A stretch of 64,000 bases of DNA from Vitrella brassicaformis CCMP3155 (lineage: Eukaryota > Protista > Chromerida): contig CDMY01000440.1 of NCBI GenBank assembly GCA_001179505.1, positions 12,120 through 76,119 of the forward strand. Reading direction: 5' to 3'. Made by a program: the position numbers and the translations under genes. The notes below the pieces were generated by a model. It worked only from the letters and a program-made list of their open reading frames with translations. It did not search any database and was not told where the DNA came from. This document shows positions 10,301-23,841 of this stretch, one piece after another (positions within the stretch are counted from its first letter, which is position 1; each line of letters opens with the position of its first letter).

Positions 10301-13300
10301 CGGAGACAAAATAAAGGAGAAGACCTATCCCGAGCTTGGTCAGGATCCCGACAGTGGGCGGTCTCTCCAGGTGATTGAGACGGACATTAACGGGACACTG
10401 TCGGGAGGCAACACCGCCATCTTTTATGTCGGTCGGTGGGCCGGAAAAATCCGACATGTATGGATGGAAGTCTGAGTACGAACATGCGTCTCCCCTTGCT
10501 CGTGCAGACGTTATCCCTCCAACCTTGACAATCGTGTCACCCCTTGCGGGCGCCTGCAATAGAACTCGACGCAATGCCCCCCCGCCTCTCATGATCACCT
10601 CGTCTGAGACGGTCACTCTCACCGACGCAAGGAAGATCGACGTCCGCAACGGGTGGCTGGAGAAGAAAGATGTCCTCGAAAGCCAGCGAGGTGCTCATTT
10701 CTGGCTGAATGGCACGGACGGTGCGACTTACGTGCGGATGCACAACGAGGGGCTGGTGACGGTGTCTGTATTGGCAAATGCTGCCTTGGACGAGGCGGGC
10801 AACGCCAACGAAGCAGGGAATCAGTGCCTATTCGTCTTTGGTACGAGACATGATGACTATTCCAAGAGGCTTCTCACCTATGCTCTTTCTGCCTGGTGGA
10901 TGTGTCGTATCAGACGAGACGCGTCCTACCGTGACGCTGTCAATAGAGAATCCCTCTGAGCCGGCCACAGCTGAGGAATGGACCTTCCTGCTGTCGTTCA
11001 GTGAGGATATGGCTCCTTTCGAGAGGGGCAACATCACGTGCCGCAACTGCACGGTCATCACCCTCGAGAGCCTGGATGAGAGTTCCTCACAAGAGTACAG
11101 GGTGACAGCCCTGCCCGATACAGAAGGCACGATGAGTGCAACCATCTCGGAAGGAGACGTCACCGACGTGGCCGGCAATGGCAACGTGGCGGCTGAGCCC
11201 ATCGAGAGAAGCTACAGTGAGGAAGAGCACAATGATATGATAGATCAAATCGCCTCACTGTCTTTACGTGTCTCAATGTCTCTTGCCTGTCTGCTCAGCA
11301 AATAACCCGAAGATGACTTTGGACACCGCAAGTGTGAGGATGGCCGCCTTGAACCGCCCCACAGATGTGCTTCTCGTCGATTTTGCTCTCAAGCTGACCC
11401 TCACTGGATCGCACCTTCATGGCAACGACCGCCCTATTCTCGTGGACGCAGAAGCGATATCAAAGTGTGAGTTGCTTTCTACAGAAAAGCTGGATGGCCA
11501 GCTGGCGTCCAGATGGATGAGCTATCACGTGCCAAATACCCTGGAGGGTGTGAAAGACCTGATTTGCACGATGTCTGATGAGGGCAGCGCGTTCGCCTGC
11601 GAGGGATACTCCATCATGAAGGCCGGCACCTATCGGATGTGTGTGTGCGATGCATCTGAGAGGCCGGCATCACGGTGCACGACACCAGGCAGCTACCACA
11701 ATGAAGCCAAGGAGCCCGCGACATTTCAATTTGTCGAAGGTTACTTGCTTCCTGACATTTATGTCAGACCACATACTATGTTGTCTCTTCCCTCAGAGCT
11801 AATTCCTTGCGGCGGCTGCTCCTTCGGTTTCACTTGCGTCAACGGAGAATGCGTGCCGAAATGCGGCGATGGCATTTTGGTCACAGGCATTGAGGTCTGC
11901 GATGACGGTGAGCATGAGCAATAGCCACACAGCGCAAAAGGCACACAAATATTGTTTTCTATTCACAGGCAACGCGAAAAGCGGCGATGGGTGTGCTGGT
12001 GGCTGTCTGTCCATCGAGCCGGGCTTCAAGTGCCAAACCACCACTGTCTCATTCGGTGACGGACAGCCCTACAACACGTCGCGTTGCAGCGAGAAGTCCC
12101 TCTGCGACTCTCAAGATGACCCTGACGTGCATCCATGCGACGCCTCGTCTGGAGATCGGCCGCCGGCCTCGCTTTTGGTGCAGTGTATGGAGATGGATTG
12201 CTCTCAGGAAAGTGGCGGGACACCCAGCAGAACGACCATCGGCTGCTTCCGTAAGGCAGAGAGGAAATCAGGCATGTTCTGGTAGATCTTCTGTATTCTT
12301 ACGATACACAGCAAGCGGGTCTTCATTCTCCCTCTGCCGAGAGCTCCGCCCGCCGAAGGTGTTGAGTCTTCGGTACGCGGATCGCTCCTCTTCACGCCTT
12401 GCCCTGTCATTCGACCGGCCGGCTCGACTGCGGCCTGACAAGACAGACATTGACCTCTGCAGCATCTTCGACGCACAATCACGCGCCAAGTTGGGCAAGA
12501 ACCCCGAGTGCCAGATGGGTGATGTCTCCACGCAGCTCTCCATCAAGCTGGGCGGCGCTGCCTCATCAACCACATGCGACGATCTGTTGGCGCCTGGCGA
12601 TGCGGTGGCTGTCGAGAGCGGGTACTTCCTCCGCGGCGACATGACGGATGCCGTGCTTGAGGCCTTTGACCAGTCCTCTCATTATCCTCCTCTCACGCAG
12701 TGGGCCGATGGGTGGTTCGCTGCCGGAGCCACGCTGAATGTGGAAGCCTACGTTGGACCAATGGACGGCCAACTCGGGATCGGGGTAGGAAATCATCCGT
12801 GGCGTTTTAATTGCGTCTCATCTTTTAATACGTGACGACAGGTCAAGGTTTCCAAGGCCCCGGGCGTCCTTGGGCTGGGGCATTCCCTCGATGTGACGGC
12901 AGCCATCCAGCGGTCAGCGGCTGGGCCGATCGAAGTGACATGGCAGTGTGTCGAGAACCAAACAAATGTGCCGGCCATCTGCACAGACATCAACTCATTC
13001 CTGACAAAGCGCGGAGGTGAGATGGCGGGGAGCCACCACTCGGATACTTGGCCCTCAATGTTTCGTCCTGTTTGCAGCTCAGAGAGTGGTCACTGACCAG
13101 GCACGTCTCTTCATCCCAACAAAGGAAATGGAGAAGGCCATTGAGGAGGCAGACATCACACCACAGTCCACAATGAACATCAGCATCACCGCCCGAGACT
13201 GCCTGTACAATACAGCCTCTGACCAAGTCACCATCGCCATCTCCGCGAAGCGGTCACTCCCCATTCTCACGATCACACGAATGACGCCGTCACCTCTTGC

Positions 13301-16300
13301 CGTCGGCTCGTCAGCGCCATTCGTTCTAAAGGCTAAGCTCGAGACATCATCAGCGGGCCAGCGCCCTGAGATCGTGTGGAGCTACCGGCTTGCCAACGAG
13401 ACACAGTTCACACCTATGAGCGACCAATATGAGCTCAACTATAGGCTGTCGCCCAATCTGATGTCGTTGAGCTTCCCTGACGGCCTGACAGCGGGAGCAG
13501 ATTACACTTCTGAGGTCAAGGCGACGGCGCAGGCCCATCAGGTGTCGACCACGGCGTATTTCGATGTGGTCGTCGATGATGTCCCACAAGTGCTGGCCTC
13601 TTTCCCATCAGACTCCATAGGTAGGGAGACGCACATGAGAAAGCGGGAATGCGAAGAACTACACAAGACGTATCCTTTCATTTACAGTCGCTTACAATGA
13701 GTGTCCTCTGCTGCTATCCGCTCGACTTTCGTCAAGCGACATCCCTCGAGGCGCTTCCCAGAGCGGCGTCAACTACCAGTGGTACTGCTTCCCTGCTGCT
13801 TTGCCGCTGCCGAGAGATGAAGACGGCAACATGGTGACGGAATACACACTCGATGAGCTTGCTGCCCTCGTCGCTGAAGACGCAAAGTGCGCCATGTCAT
13901 CATCTGACGGCCGATTTGGGGACGGCAAAAGCTATTAGAACATTGACGCCATGACAGCCGGCCTCTACATCTTTGCTGTGGGCGTGTCTTTGACGGATTC
14001 CATGAGCGATGTCGTCCGGGCACAGGAGGTGCTGGTGCGGCAAGGGGCCGCTCCCGCGTTGCAGCTTAATGTCTCGCTGAGAGAGGGGAAAATGCCTGTG
14101 GACATCCTGCACGCATCCGTCATCACCATGCGATCGCCTGCCGCCGCCTCATCCGTGTGCTATTCAGACGAGACGCTGTCGGTTATCACTGGCCAGTGGT
14201 CCCTCATCGAACTGTTGACTGATGAGTTGCCACCGATTTTGGAAGACAGCTCGCTCAATGGCTATGTCGTCAAGACACTGACGAGTGCAGAGGATGGCTT
14301 ACAAGACAGCGAGGCAGAGTCACTCATGTCGACCCAGGTGGACTCAGTTGTCGTTGAGCCGTCTCTGATGACACCGGGCGGAGCCTACGTTCTCAGATAC
14401 AGCTGGCAACTGCCGGATGTGGCTGGCGTCCTTCAAAGCAACAAGTGGATTGTCAACGTAGCGCCCTCACAGGGGATGTTGCAGGCGACTTGCACTGTAG
14501 AGGACGCGCTGGTGACTCCGTCCACTAGCGGGGAACTCTTGACGGTCTTCGACTTCTCGCAGAGCTGGACGGACCCCGATGATGACCAAGATACACTGGT
14601 GAGACGGCGGAAACAGGATCTGGCCTCCCATACCTCTGTCCGTTGCGTATCATCTGCAGGAGTACGCTCTATATATCAGCAAGTCCCCTCTCCCATGCGC
14701 AGACGCTAGAGACCTCACGCCAGGGAGTTTCGGCGACATGTTCCGAGCTTTACAGGTGTTCCGCCCCTTCCAACGATCGCTCAAGACTCGCCTACCAATC
14801 GGGGAAGCTGCTGTGGTGGCTGTCGCGCGTGATCCCTCCGGCGACACGTGTCTTGAAGGCTCCAGCGGCTTCAGTTGTCCGTGCATCGATATGGCGGTAC
14901 AACAGGAGGAACCACCGTCAGTCGGCGAACTCACCGGGCTGCTGGATGAGGTGAGCCGGAACAAAAAGCAGCAGGATCTACATGCCACATCTCTGTTATC
15001 TTTTGCAGGCTGGCTCAAGCCTCGACGCAGAGACGCTAGGAAATGCAATGGTCGTCATTGCGTCAGCTGCCGATCCCGCCAACAAGACAGCAACACAGGC
15101 CGTCTTCAACAGCACTCTGGCCAAATTCGGCGAGGCGCTGGCTTGGATCGATCCATTGGATGAAGATGTCAAGGTTTTCGCCACATCCCTCCGCAGCGTC
15201 GTCGAGGCCCAGTCGCCCGAGCAGATCGGCGAAGACAGCACAAGGGTCACGTCAGCCTTCACGAGTTTGCTAGAGGTGTCCATCGACGGGGGCGCGGGAA
15301 TCGACACCGAGACGGCTACCACAGTCGTCAAGGCGCTGGATGTGGTCATCGAGGGCAGAGATGCTGGCGATAGCTCGCCCGACAAGGTGGCGAGAGAGGC
15401 GGCTGCGACCGACTCGTTGGAGAAGACCATTCAGACAGTGGGGACAGCCGTCATTCAAACGTAACGAATGGGCACAATGGATTCGGACGCATGGCTGTCT
15501 GTCTTTGTTTGTATGTGTCTCCTTTACTGCAGCAAGACAAAAGACGATCCTCCAGTGACTGTGCACTCAGCCTCGCTGGACATGGAGATCAGTGTGGTGG
15601 ACGTGGCGTCAGCCTCACAGGAGGGCTTCTCCGCTGCCGGCTTCAGCGTCCCGCCGCTCTCGCCGGCAGCTGGGGACTGCGAGGGCGACTTCACTCCCCT
15701 GGCGTCGGACTGGAAGAAAAACCCATACAGCTGGGCCGACTCGACCGTCAACATTTCCGGGCACAAACCAGCCATCCGGGCGTTTGAGATCCTTAGATGT
15801 GGCGTTCCCGAGGAGGTCAAGAATCTGCAAGATCCCATCCTGTTCTGCCTGGACCGGAATGTCTCGGCTTTTGATTGGGACGATCTTCTGCTTTCTGCGA
15901 GGGAGGGCAAGGCTGAGGACGCGTCCGAGACAGACTTTGACGGCGATTGTGGCTGTGCTGACGTGTCGACGAGACGACTGGCCAGGCCGAAAACCGAGCC
16001 ACTGCTTCTGCCCCTCCCCACTATATCATCGATCCACAGCAGCATACGGGCCCTTGTGCTGTCTCACATGAGCAGGGAGACAGCCGAGACAGTCTTCGGG
16101 GCGTTCCTGGACCTTGACACCACTGGCATTATCGGAGCACCGCATCGTCAGCTATTCTTTGGCGGCCTGGAGTGGCATGGCGGCGATGCGGCAGATTCCC
16201 TCAAACCTGGCGCCTTCGAGAAGCCCGCTGAATCTGGCAACGTGACGGAGGAGTTTGAGCAGGACATTGTGGACTCAGACTGCAGATACTTTGACAAGGA

Positions 16301-17441
16301 GGCTCAGGAATGGGTGACGGAGGGCTGCAGCATTGTATGTCGAAGCCGCTCAACCATCAAATGCGGTACGTAATGAGCCGGAAATGAGGCCGGCCGTCGT
16401 CCAATGTGCGTGAATAAGCGCTGACTGTCCCTCGTTGTCTTTTGCCAGCCTGCACCCACCTTACCACATTCACAGCGGCGGCAGTCAAGGTACGCGTCAG
16501 CTGAATGTCTACAAGTACGTCTTTCCTGCAAATGGTTGTGTTTCGGCTTGGCTTTTTCCTTAGTTCACCCAGAAATTCGATCGCACCAACATCGGGATCG
16601 TCGCGCAATCCGGCAGGTACTGGTCGACGTATCATGGACCACTATGGACATTCATTGGGCTTCCTCACTTGAATATCCTTTCTTAGCCTTATCAACGCCG
16701 ACATGTTCTCCAATCCCGGGTTCTGGTACCTTTGGCTGGTGGTGTCCATCCTCCTGGCGCCCTTCATTCACCTATATCGGAAGGACAGGAAAGATTACAA
16801 GCGCCCGAACGACAGACGTCACTATTTCTTCCGCGATGCAATGGCCAAGGGGAACGAGGACTTCATCTGCAACGTCCTGCCGCCTGTGGGCATTTGTAAC
16901 CAGCTCTTCATGATGCCACCCGTCCGCATCAATTGCTCCTCGTGCTACCGAGCTCTCACGTGCTACACATGTCGGAGGCGCAAGAAGGGGCGCAACAAGG
17001 GCAGGAGCAAGCTCTACGCCATCGGGGATGCGGGCGCGGACGCCGCGCAGAAGTCGGATGACGGCATGGCTCGGAAAGACACCCTGGCCCGCATCCATGA
17101 GGCTGGCGCGACCACAGACCGGTCAGATCACAAGCCGAAGAGCGACAAGGGTGGCGACCACAAGGTCCTACGGTTTGCGGCGGAGGAGGCAGCCCATGGC
17201 GCTGCAGCAGCACCTGGGATCAAGTACACCCGGACGGTGAGCAGCTCTGACCGTCACATCGACTCGGGCAAGTCGGTATCGAGCGAGGGCAAGGGGCAGC
17301 AGGAGGAAGTCAAGTACTGGGAGGTCATCTCTGAGCAGGAGAAGGTCAGACGGCAAACCCTCGCTGCCAGCCTCATCGGTGCGACTCTACTGTACACACG
17401 CCATCATGCGCAGGTCTCCTTACCGGGCGTGCGAATGTAAT

Positions 17442-17472
<31 letters not shown>

Positions 17473-20400
17473 TGTGTGTAGGGCTACGGAACCTCAGGCA
17501 CAGCAGGACCATGGCTGACCAAAGCCCAGCCTCCCATCGGCCGACGAAGAAGGGCAGCGGCGACCTCTGGAATGAGGTACGTGACAAGAAGCACCTGCCA
17601 TTCCATGACGCTAATGACTTGACTGTGTGTCGTCTGTGAAGCCGCTGGTTGACATCCCGATGCTCCGTGCGATGGGGTATCGCGGGTCGGTCAAGGACAG
17701 CGAGCGCATCAGCCAGGCCCTGTCAGTGGTCAAGACGGTGGCCAGCGTGCAGATAGACAAGGAGAAGCAAAAGGCCAGGGAGCTGCTGGATGAGGTCTCC
17801 CGCCAGCCGACCAGGCAGCGGAGCCGAATGGGCAAGAAGGAGGAGGAGCAGTCGGAGAAGAGCGAGACCTCACCCAAGGGGGTATGGGACAAGATGAGGT
17901 CCTTCTTCGGTCAGAACAGCACACTCACACCAATCTACCCAGCTACCCACAAGGAACACCCAAGCTTTTTCGCCCTTTTCATTTACCATTTTCAGGCCAG
18001 GAGAAGCCTCGACTGGCTGAGGGAGACTTCGAGCGCTTCAATCAGCTGCTCTTCGCACACAGTCTCCAAAAGAGACCGCAAAGTGGTCGGCGCCCGACAG
18101 TGGGAGATGGCAGCTATACAGTTGCTGCGCGACAACCCAGAGTCAGCAGAGAGCCAGCCCGGCGCTGTCTCGTACCTCGAGACCGCACTTCGCCGCGAGA
18201 CCGCCACGCAGCTCAATGCCCCTCCACGGCGCAGGAGGGGTAGCAGCGCCGAGCTGCTCCCAACGTTCGTCATTCCGCTCTCCTCTGCGTGTGTGCGCGT
18301 GTTGGAGATGGACGAGAGCACCCGGCTGCACCCGCCGCATGACAGCGAGGAGCTGTCGAGGCTGGTGGCGATGCAGGCGTCGCTGATGGGTGAGAGCGGT
18401 GACAAAGTTGGGACCAGCGAGGAGCAGTTCGTGGCGTGGGTGGTGACGAGTCGCTATGAGATGATTTGCCTGGTACGTTGGTCATGCATCAACACCAGCA
18501 CGCTTGTTTATCTGCTGCCGTCACATGTCTCTATTTGTCTCTTGTTTCAGCATCCGAAGGCTCACTTCTCAATCCCAGACATACAACACCTCATCGACTG
18601 GCAGGTAGGCGAAGACCGAGACACACACACGGACTCTCAATGTCTCTTTGTGCACTCAGGGCCCCCGCATCCTCCTCTACATGACCGACATCATGTCGAT
18701 CCGATGGGACCCACCCTTGCTACAAGATGCCGAGAACTTCCAGGACGACGGCGAGGTCGTAGTGCTCGGCCAGAACGACAAGGTCCTCCTCCGCCTGCAG
18801 AGCGCCGACCCAGATTGCCGCTCCGAGGACCTCTTTCACTTTCTGACTGCGGTTCTCGAAGGCAACATGGAGATCCCTGAAGAAGATTTGGACCTGGAGG
18901 AGGGCCACCATGAGGACGAAAACAGGGAGGACGGAGAGGGAGACAGCCAGACGGCCTCGACGCTGGAGAATCTCAGGGAGAGGGCGCTGCTCGAGTACTT
19001 TTCCCCGAACGAGACGCTGTCGCCTTCCTCCTCCTTCGACTGTAAGGTGTCATGCACCTTGCAAGGGGGTGCGTCCAAGGCGTCGGCGATCGAGGTTGAG
19101 TGCTGGCTCACACACGGGGGAGAGCTGCTGAGCATCAAGCCGGCGACCAGCCCTGCGGAGAATGGGGAAGATGAGGCAGAGGAGAAGGTCTACAGCTTCA
19201 TGCTGAGGGATCTGACGCCTAACGTCAGCAAGTACAGAAGCGCCTCGCCCGACTTCGAGTGGCCGCTTGCCGTGACGCTGCTCGCCGAGAATGCCAAGGT
19301 CAAGCTCACCTTCACCTTCATCCACCCTGTGCAGACACAGGCCTTCACGACCAACGTCAACCTGCTCAAGGGCCGACTCGAAGATGCAGACCTCACGGGC
19401 ACCGTGCTCATGCAGAGACACAAAATGCCGCAGCAGCAGGAAGGTGAGGGTGAGGAAATCGACCGCTTCAAGGGCGGCAGCCGACTATTTGACGACGATG
19501 ACGGAGCAGGTCAAGACCAGGATCACGAGGCGCCTCCCCCTCGCCAACGCGAGCGCCGCGCGTCCAACGCCCTGTTCTACATGTCACCCGAGGGCGGCGT
19601 GACCCTCCCCCACGCCGACGAAATGGACGTCCCGGACGAGGAGATCCTCACCCTCGAGGACCCCTTCACCGACAGCCCGACCACGAAGCCGCACATCCCC
19701 ATGGCCGTGGCCTCATCGGATATCCGGTCCACCAACAACGGCAACCTCCCATCCAGCAGCCGTGAGGGCAGCAATGACCAGGCGGCCACGATGCGGGCCT
19801 TCAACGCCATCCCCGACCTGGAGTCGCCCGTGCACATCACCCCAGAGCGGGATGTTATCGAGCTGCCCACAGTCCAGGCAGTTAGGGATGCGTCGTTCCT
19901 CTTCGAGACACCCACATCACCTACCGCTCCCCAGAGACAGAGTGACCAGGCCGCGAAGCAGAAGTGGGACAAGTTGCCAGCGTCCCCGTCTAGCCGAGGT
20001 CTGACGGCCAGCCAGATAGCGCAGCGGCCTGCTCTTGCGATGGAGGTGAGCCCGAAGAACAAGAAGATGACCCGGGCCGCCACGATGGAGCGATTCAAGA
20101 GAGGGGACGACCCGAAACACGCAGGTGTACGGGAGGGATGGAATGGGGAGGGAGCGGGGGGTGCCGTGGCTGGCTTTGTCTGACTATGTGTGTGTTTGCT
20201 GGGTGCAGACTGAGACGATCGCGAAACAGGTGCAGTATCAATATTGGAGCCCCGGCCGTATCTTCGCCAAACTCAGCCTCAGAGAGCACCCCGGTAAGAT
20301 CGTCCCCCGTTCTCAACGCCCACTTGATGTGTATGTGTGAGCGTCCTGTGCGTCTGTCTCATCAGTCCCAAAGTTGTGTCCCTACAGCCCCGCCATGAAC

Positions 20401-21528
20401 CGGGTCCAGAGATACTCCATCTTCGCCGTCGCCCTCTTTGGCGGCTTTTTCTTCTCGTGTCTCTTCTTCAATGGTCGAAACACTCTCTCACACGCCCATA
20501 CGACCCATCCGTCCGTCATCTCGATACTGCCCCTGTCTGTCTGCGTGCCTTCATTTTTTGATTCGTTCAGTGGATTGCGTGACCAAGCCGGAGGCAGCGG
20601 CGTGCAAGAAGCCCTCGTTCTGGGCGCCCTTCATACCCAACTGGGAGATGCTGTTCGCGAGCATCTGGGCGGTGATACTGTCGGTGCCGCTGCCGATGCT
20701 GTTGAGGACTCTGTTCATCAAACAAGTCTTCTGGCAGGAGCTGACGCAGAAGGAGAAAGACTTCCAGGTGTGTGTCCCCTTTGTGGGGGGGGGAGGGAGG
20801 GAGGGAGGGAGGGAGGTGTGGGTGTGTGTGTTTGTGTTTATCAGATATGGTTTTGGCGCGTCAAGGACATCATTGCGTACACCATCGTGTGGGCGTGGAT
20901 CACCTGGTGTGTCTACTTCCTCCTGCTGTTCGTCCTGGTAAGTAAGCAAATGGCGCCATCGACACGCAACGATGATGATGTCTCTCTCGTCTGTGCTACC
21001 TGACTACCATGTGTGTGTCTCATACACATATTCAGAGTTTTGACCCCCGTGTGTACGAGAAGTGGATGACGGCCTCATTCTGGTCACTCCTGCACCGGTG
21101 ACCACACAAACAACACAACAGCACAACATGCCCCCAAACACCCTCGTTCATTCGTGCGTGTGTCTCCCCCCTCACAGCAACGCCAGCGCCCCTCTGTTCC
21201 GCGCCCTGTTCAAGGGGATCATCCTGATCATATCCCAGTTCACATCCATCTGCGACTGCTACCTACTCGCATTCCCACTGGTAGGTCTTTCCATGGCCAT
21301 GCACAACCCACGACACACAACCGACTTCTGTCTGTCTCTGTCTGTCTGTCTGTCTGTCTCCTGTGTGCGTGTGTTTAGGTGATTGGTTTCACCGATCCCT
21401 TGACGGAGGAGCAGCGTTTATTGGATCGGGAGCGTAAGAGGAAGAGCCTGTCGGACGAGGGGCTGCGGGAGGACGAAATGGAGGACATGGGCATCGACGA
21501 AGGCGGAGGAATGGAATTCGGAGAATAA
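7350..21528 (+). CDS. Giant multi-exon polycystin-1/REJ-like receptor: signal peptide, Cys repeats, bacterial Ig-like domains, Cys-rich repeat, REJ-like region, GAIN/GPS, TM1, PH-like domains, TM2-5
   Basis: Hydrophobic leader MVCFRLHTLLLGMALRFAASLSAG. Big_13-type DxAGNxN modules at about 10.5-11.2 kb. CGDGILVTGIEVCDDGNAKSGDGC at about 11.86-12.0 kb. GPS motif CRYFDKEAQEWVTEGC...C|ACTHLTTF at 16280-16471. TM1 FSNPGFWYLWLVVSILL. Polycystin-like HP...SPAMNRVQRYSIF motif at about 20.3-20.4 kb, followed by further TM segments. Stop TAA at 21526-21528. A single gene is inferred; the extreme 5' part could be separate. Confidence 0.8.
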
Positions 21529-22081
21529 CCATGAACGAACAGGGGGAGTGTAGTCGGCAGCTGTATGGGACATTTCTGGTTCTTTGTGCCTTCTGCGCTG
21601 TGCTGTGCTGTGCTTTGTGGCATTGGGTGGGCTTGTTGGGCAGGGCATTCATCGCTGGGTGTGGTGTGCTTCGTCGATTTGGTCGTGAGGCAGCTGGACC
21701 AGGTCAGGTGTGTCTGGATTTGTGTGCTGTGGGTGTTAGTGTGTGTGTCGGTCATGCACTCGAGCACTCGAGGCACTGCACTCGAGGGAAGGAGAGATAG
21801 GGGGGTTGCACAGGGGAGGGAGGGAGGGAGGGAGGGGTCGGTACTTGAAAAGAGAGCGTGTTTGTGCATCTGTGTGGTTTTCATCTCGTCTGTGCGCGCA
21901 TTTGTCTGTCACTCGTTCCGTGTGTGTATGCGACACGACCAATACTCCACAAACTAGCCCCACCCACCCCAAGGATGCGATGCGTGTCGGCCCGTCCCCC
22001 CTCCCCCTCCTGCCCCCATCCAGCCCTTGGACTCCCCTCCCCCCGGTTGTGTTGTGCTGTGTGTCCCTGTCTATCTACTAT

Positions 22082-23647
22082 CTACTTGTCCTGCCTGTCT
22101 CTGTCTCTGTCCTTTTTCCTCTTCTTTTTCTTCTTCTTCCGCTTCTCTCGCCGCGACTCAGTCTCGTCCTCGCGCGACGAGTCGGTGAAGACGGCCGCGT
22201 CCACCGGCTCACTCGGGTGCTGGAGGGGCGGCGGCGGGGCCATCGACGGGGCAGACCGATAGGCGGCACCTGACAAACGAAGGAATGAGTGCATCCATCA
22301 ATCAATCAGTCAGTCAGTCAGTCACACAAATGGACAGTTTTGTTGTTGTGTGCGTGTTGTGTGTGTGTGTGTGTGTGAATGGGACGACCGACATGCACTG
22401 CAGACACTTTACCTGAGGGGTAGGGACCATCCTGCTCAATGATGTCGTCAGATGGCTGCTGCTGGAGGGGCAGCGCCGCAATGCGACCTACAGCCAACAC
22501 CACACACACACACACATGACCACCCATTATTCCGCGCATCCATGTGCTCATCTTCACTGACTGACTGACCAGCGACTTTCGCGGGTTTCTTCTTGGGTTT
22601 GCCCTTGGCTTTGACTTTGGGTTTGGACCCCGGCCGCCCTGCAAAGGCGACGACTTTGGCGCCCTTGAGGCCAAACAGCGTGTCGCTGAGATCGGAGGCG
22701 TCGCTCTTGGCCTCTGCAAAGTCCTGGGCTGAGGTCTCGAGGATCTCGTCGGCAGCGGCGTTCTTCTGGTGCTCATTGCGTTGGTACTCTGACACCCACT
22801 CCTCCTCGTATATGTCACAGCTCTGGTGCTCCAAATACTGACACACACACACACACACACACACGTGATAGATATCTACCAACCAACAGGTGTGTGTGTG
22901 CCTCTTCGGTAGTCACCATGAGAATGGCGTCTTCCATCTCGCGCATCTCTGACGGCGAGTAAGCACAGTCGCCCCGGAACTTGCGCATTCGGATGCGGTG
23001 CGTGCCGGGCGTCAGACCTTATCCACACACACACACACAGACACTTAGACAGCCATCTGCTGTCCATTGCTGTCCATGCGTGTGTGCATTGCCCACCCAC
23101 CTGAGTTGAATGTGTAGTCGTTGACATTGAGTTGCTGTGTGCGCTTGAGGTCTGCGAGGGGGTCGGTGTTGCTGCCGGGCGGCGGCCTCTGGTAGACAAT
23201 CATCATCTGCGCCACGTCGCCGCTCTTGTAGAGGTTCTCGCCCCCGTCGTTGGTCTTGTAGGTCTCCATGTAACACGGCAGGTCCACCAGCAGCCCGCCG
23301 TACATCTGCCGGTCAAAGATCAAGTCGAACTCTCGCCCCTGCTGCTTGCCCGTCGGCCGCAGGGAGAGGCCGAGCTGCTTGCCGTCCTGGGAGGTCTTGA
23401 TGCGCTCGTTGAGCTTGTCGGCCACCTCGGTGGGCAGCCGAAGGATCACCTGGTGATCCACGATGTTGGTCTCGTCGTGCAGCATGCGCGTGAAGCCCTC
23501 CATCCCCGTCGTCGCGGCGTCGTCGCCACGAATGTTGCTGTGGCCCTTTATGTGCTGCCGCTTCTTGCCGTGGTGCGGGTGGGAAGGGCGGGACCCACCG
23601 GCACCGCCACCGCCGCCGCCGTGAGCATCGTCACGCCAGCCTTTCAT
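22082..23647 (-). CDS. TAF7: TFIID subunit 7 (TAFII55 N-terminal domain)
   Basis: HQVILRLP...YGGLLVDLPCYMETYKTNDGGENLYKSGDVAQMMIV and G|LTPGTHRIRMRKFR match the TAF7 conserved block. Acidic middle region, Lys-rich C-terminus, TAG at 22082-22084. Confidence 0.88.
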
Positions 23648-23791
23648 GACCTTTCGCCGACGATGAACGGGTCACAGAGCTGTCAACAGATAGATATTGA
23701 TGGATTTCCCTCTGCAGCTCACGTGCATTCCTTTCGCGAACTCTCCGCAGCCCCAGTCTTCAGGGAGCGCAGCTCAGCAGCAGCGGGTTTA

Positions 23792-23841
23792 GGGAGCACC
23801 CTAGCTCTCAATTTTGGGGAGCACCCTAGCTCTCAATTTTG
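23792..23841. repeat. Perfect 2x25-bp tandem repeat GGGAGCACCCTAGCTCTCAATTTTG in the TAF7/ABC divergent spacer
   Basis: Units at 23792-23816 and 23817-23841, preceded by GGGTTTAGGG and followed by TGCGAGCTAAGCT. Confidence 0.9.

Noticed and set aside
23792-23841. 25-bp repeat as a CRISPR-like array or Sm-site (AATTTTG) RNA
   Set aside because: Only two abutting units with no spacer, eukaryotic context, and no snRNA/SL-like stem-loops.
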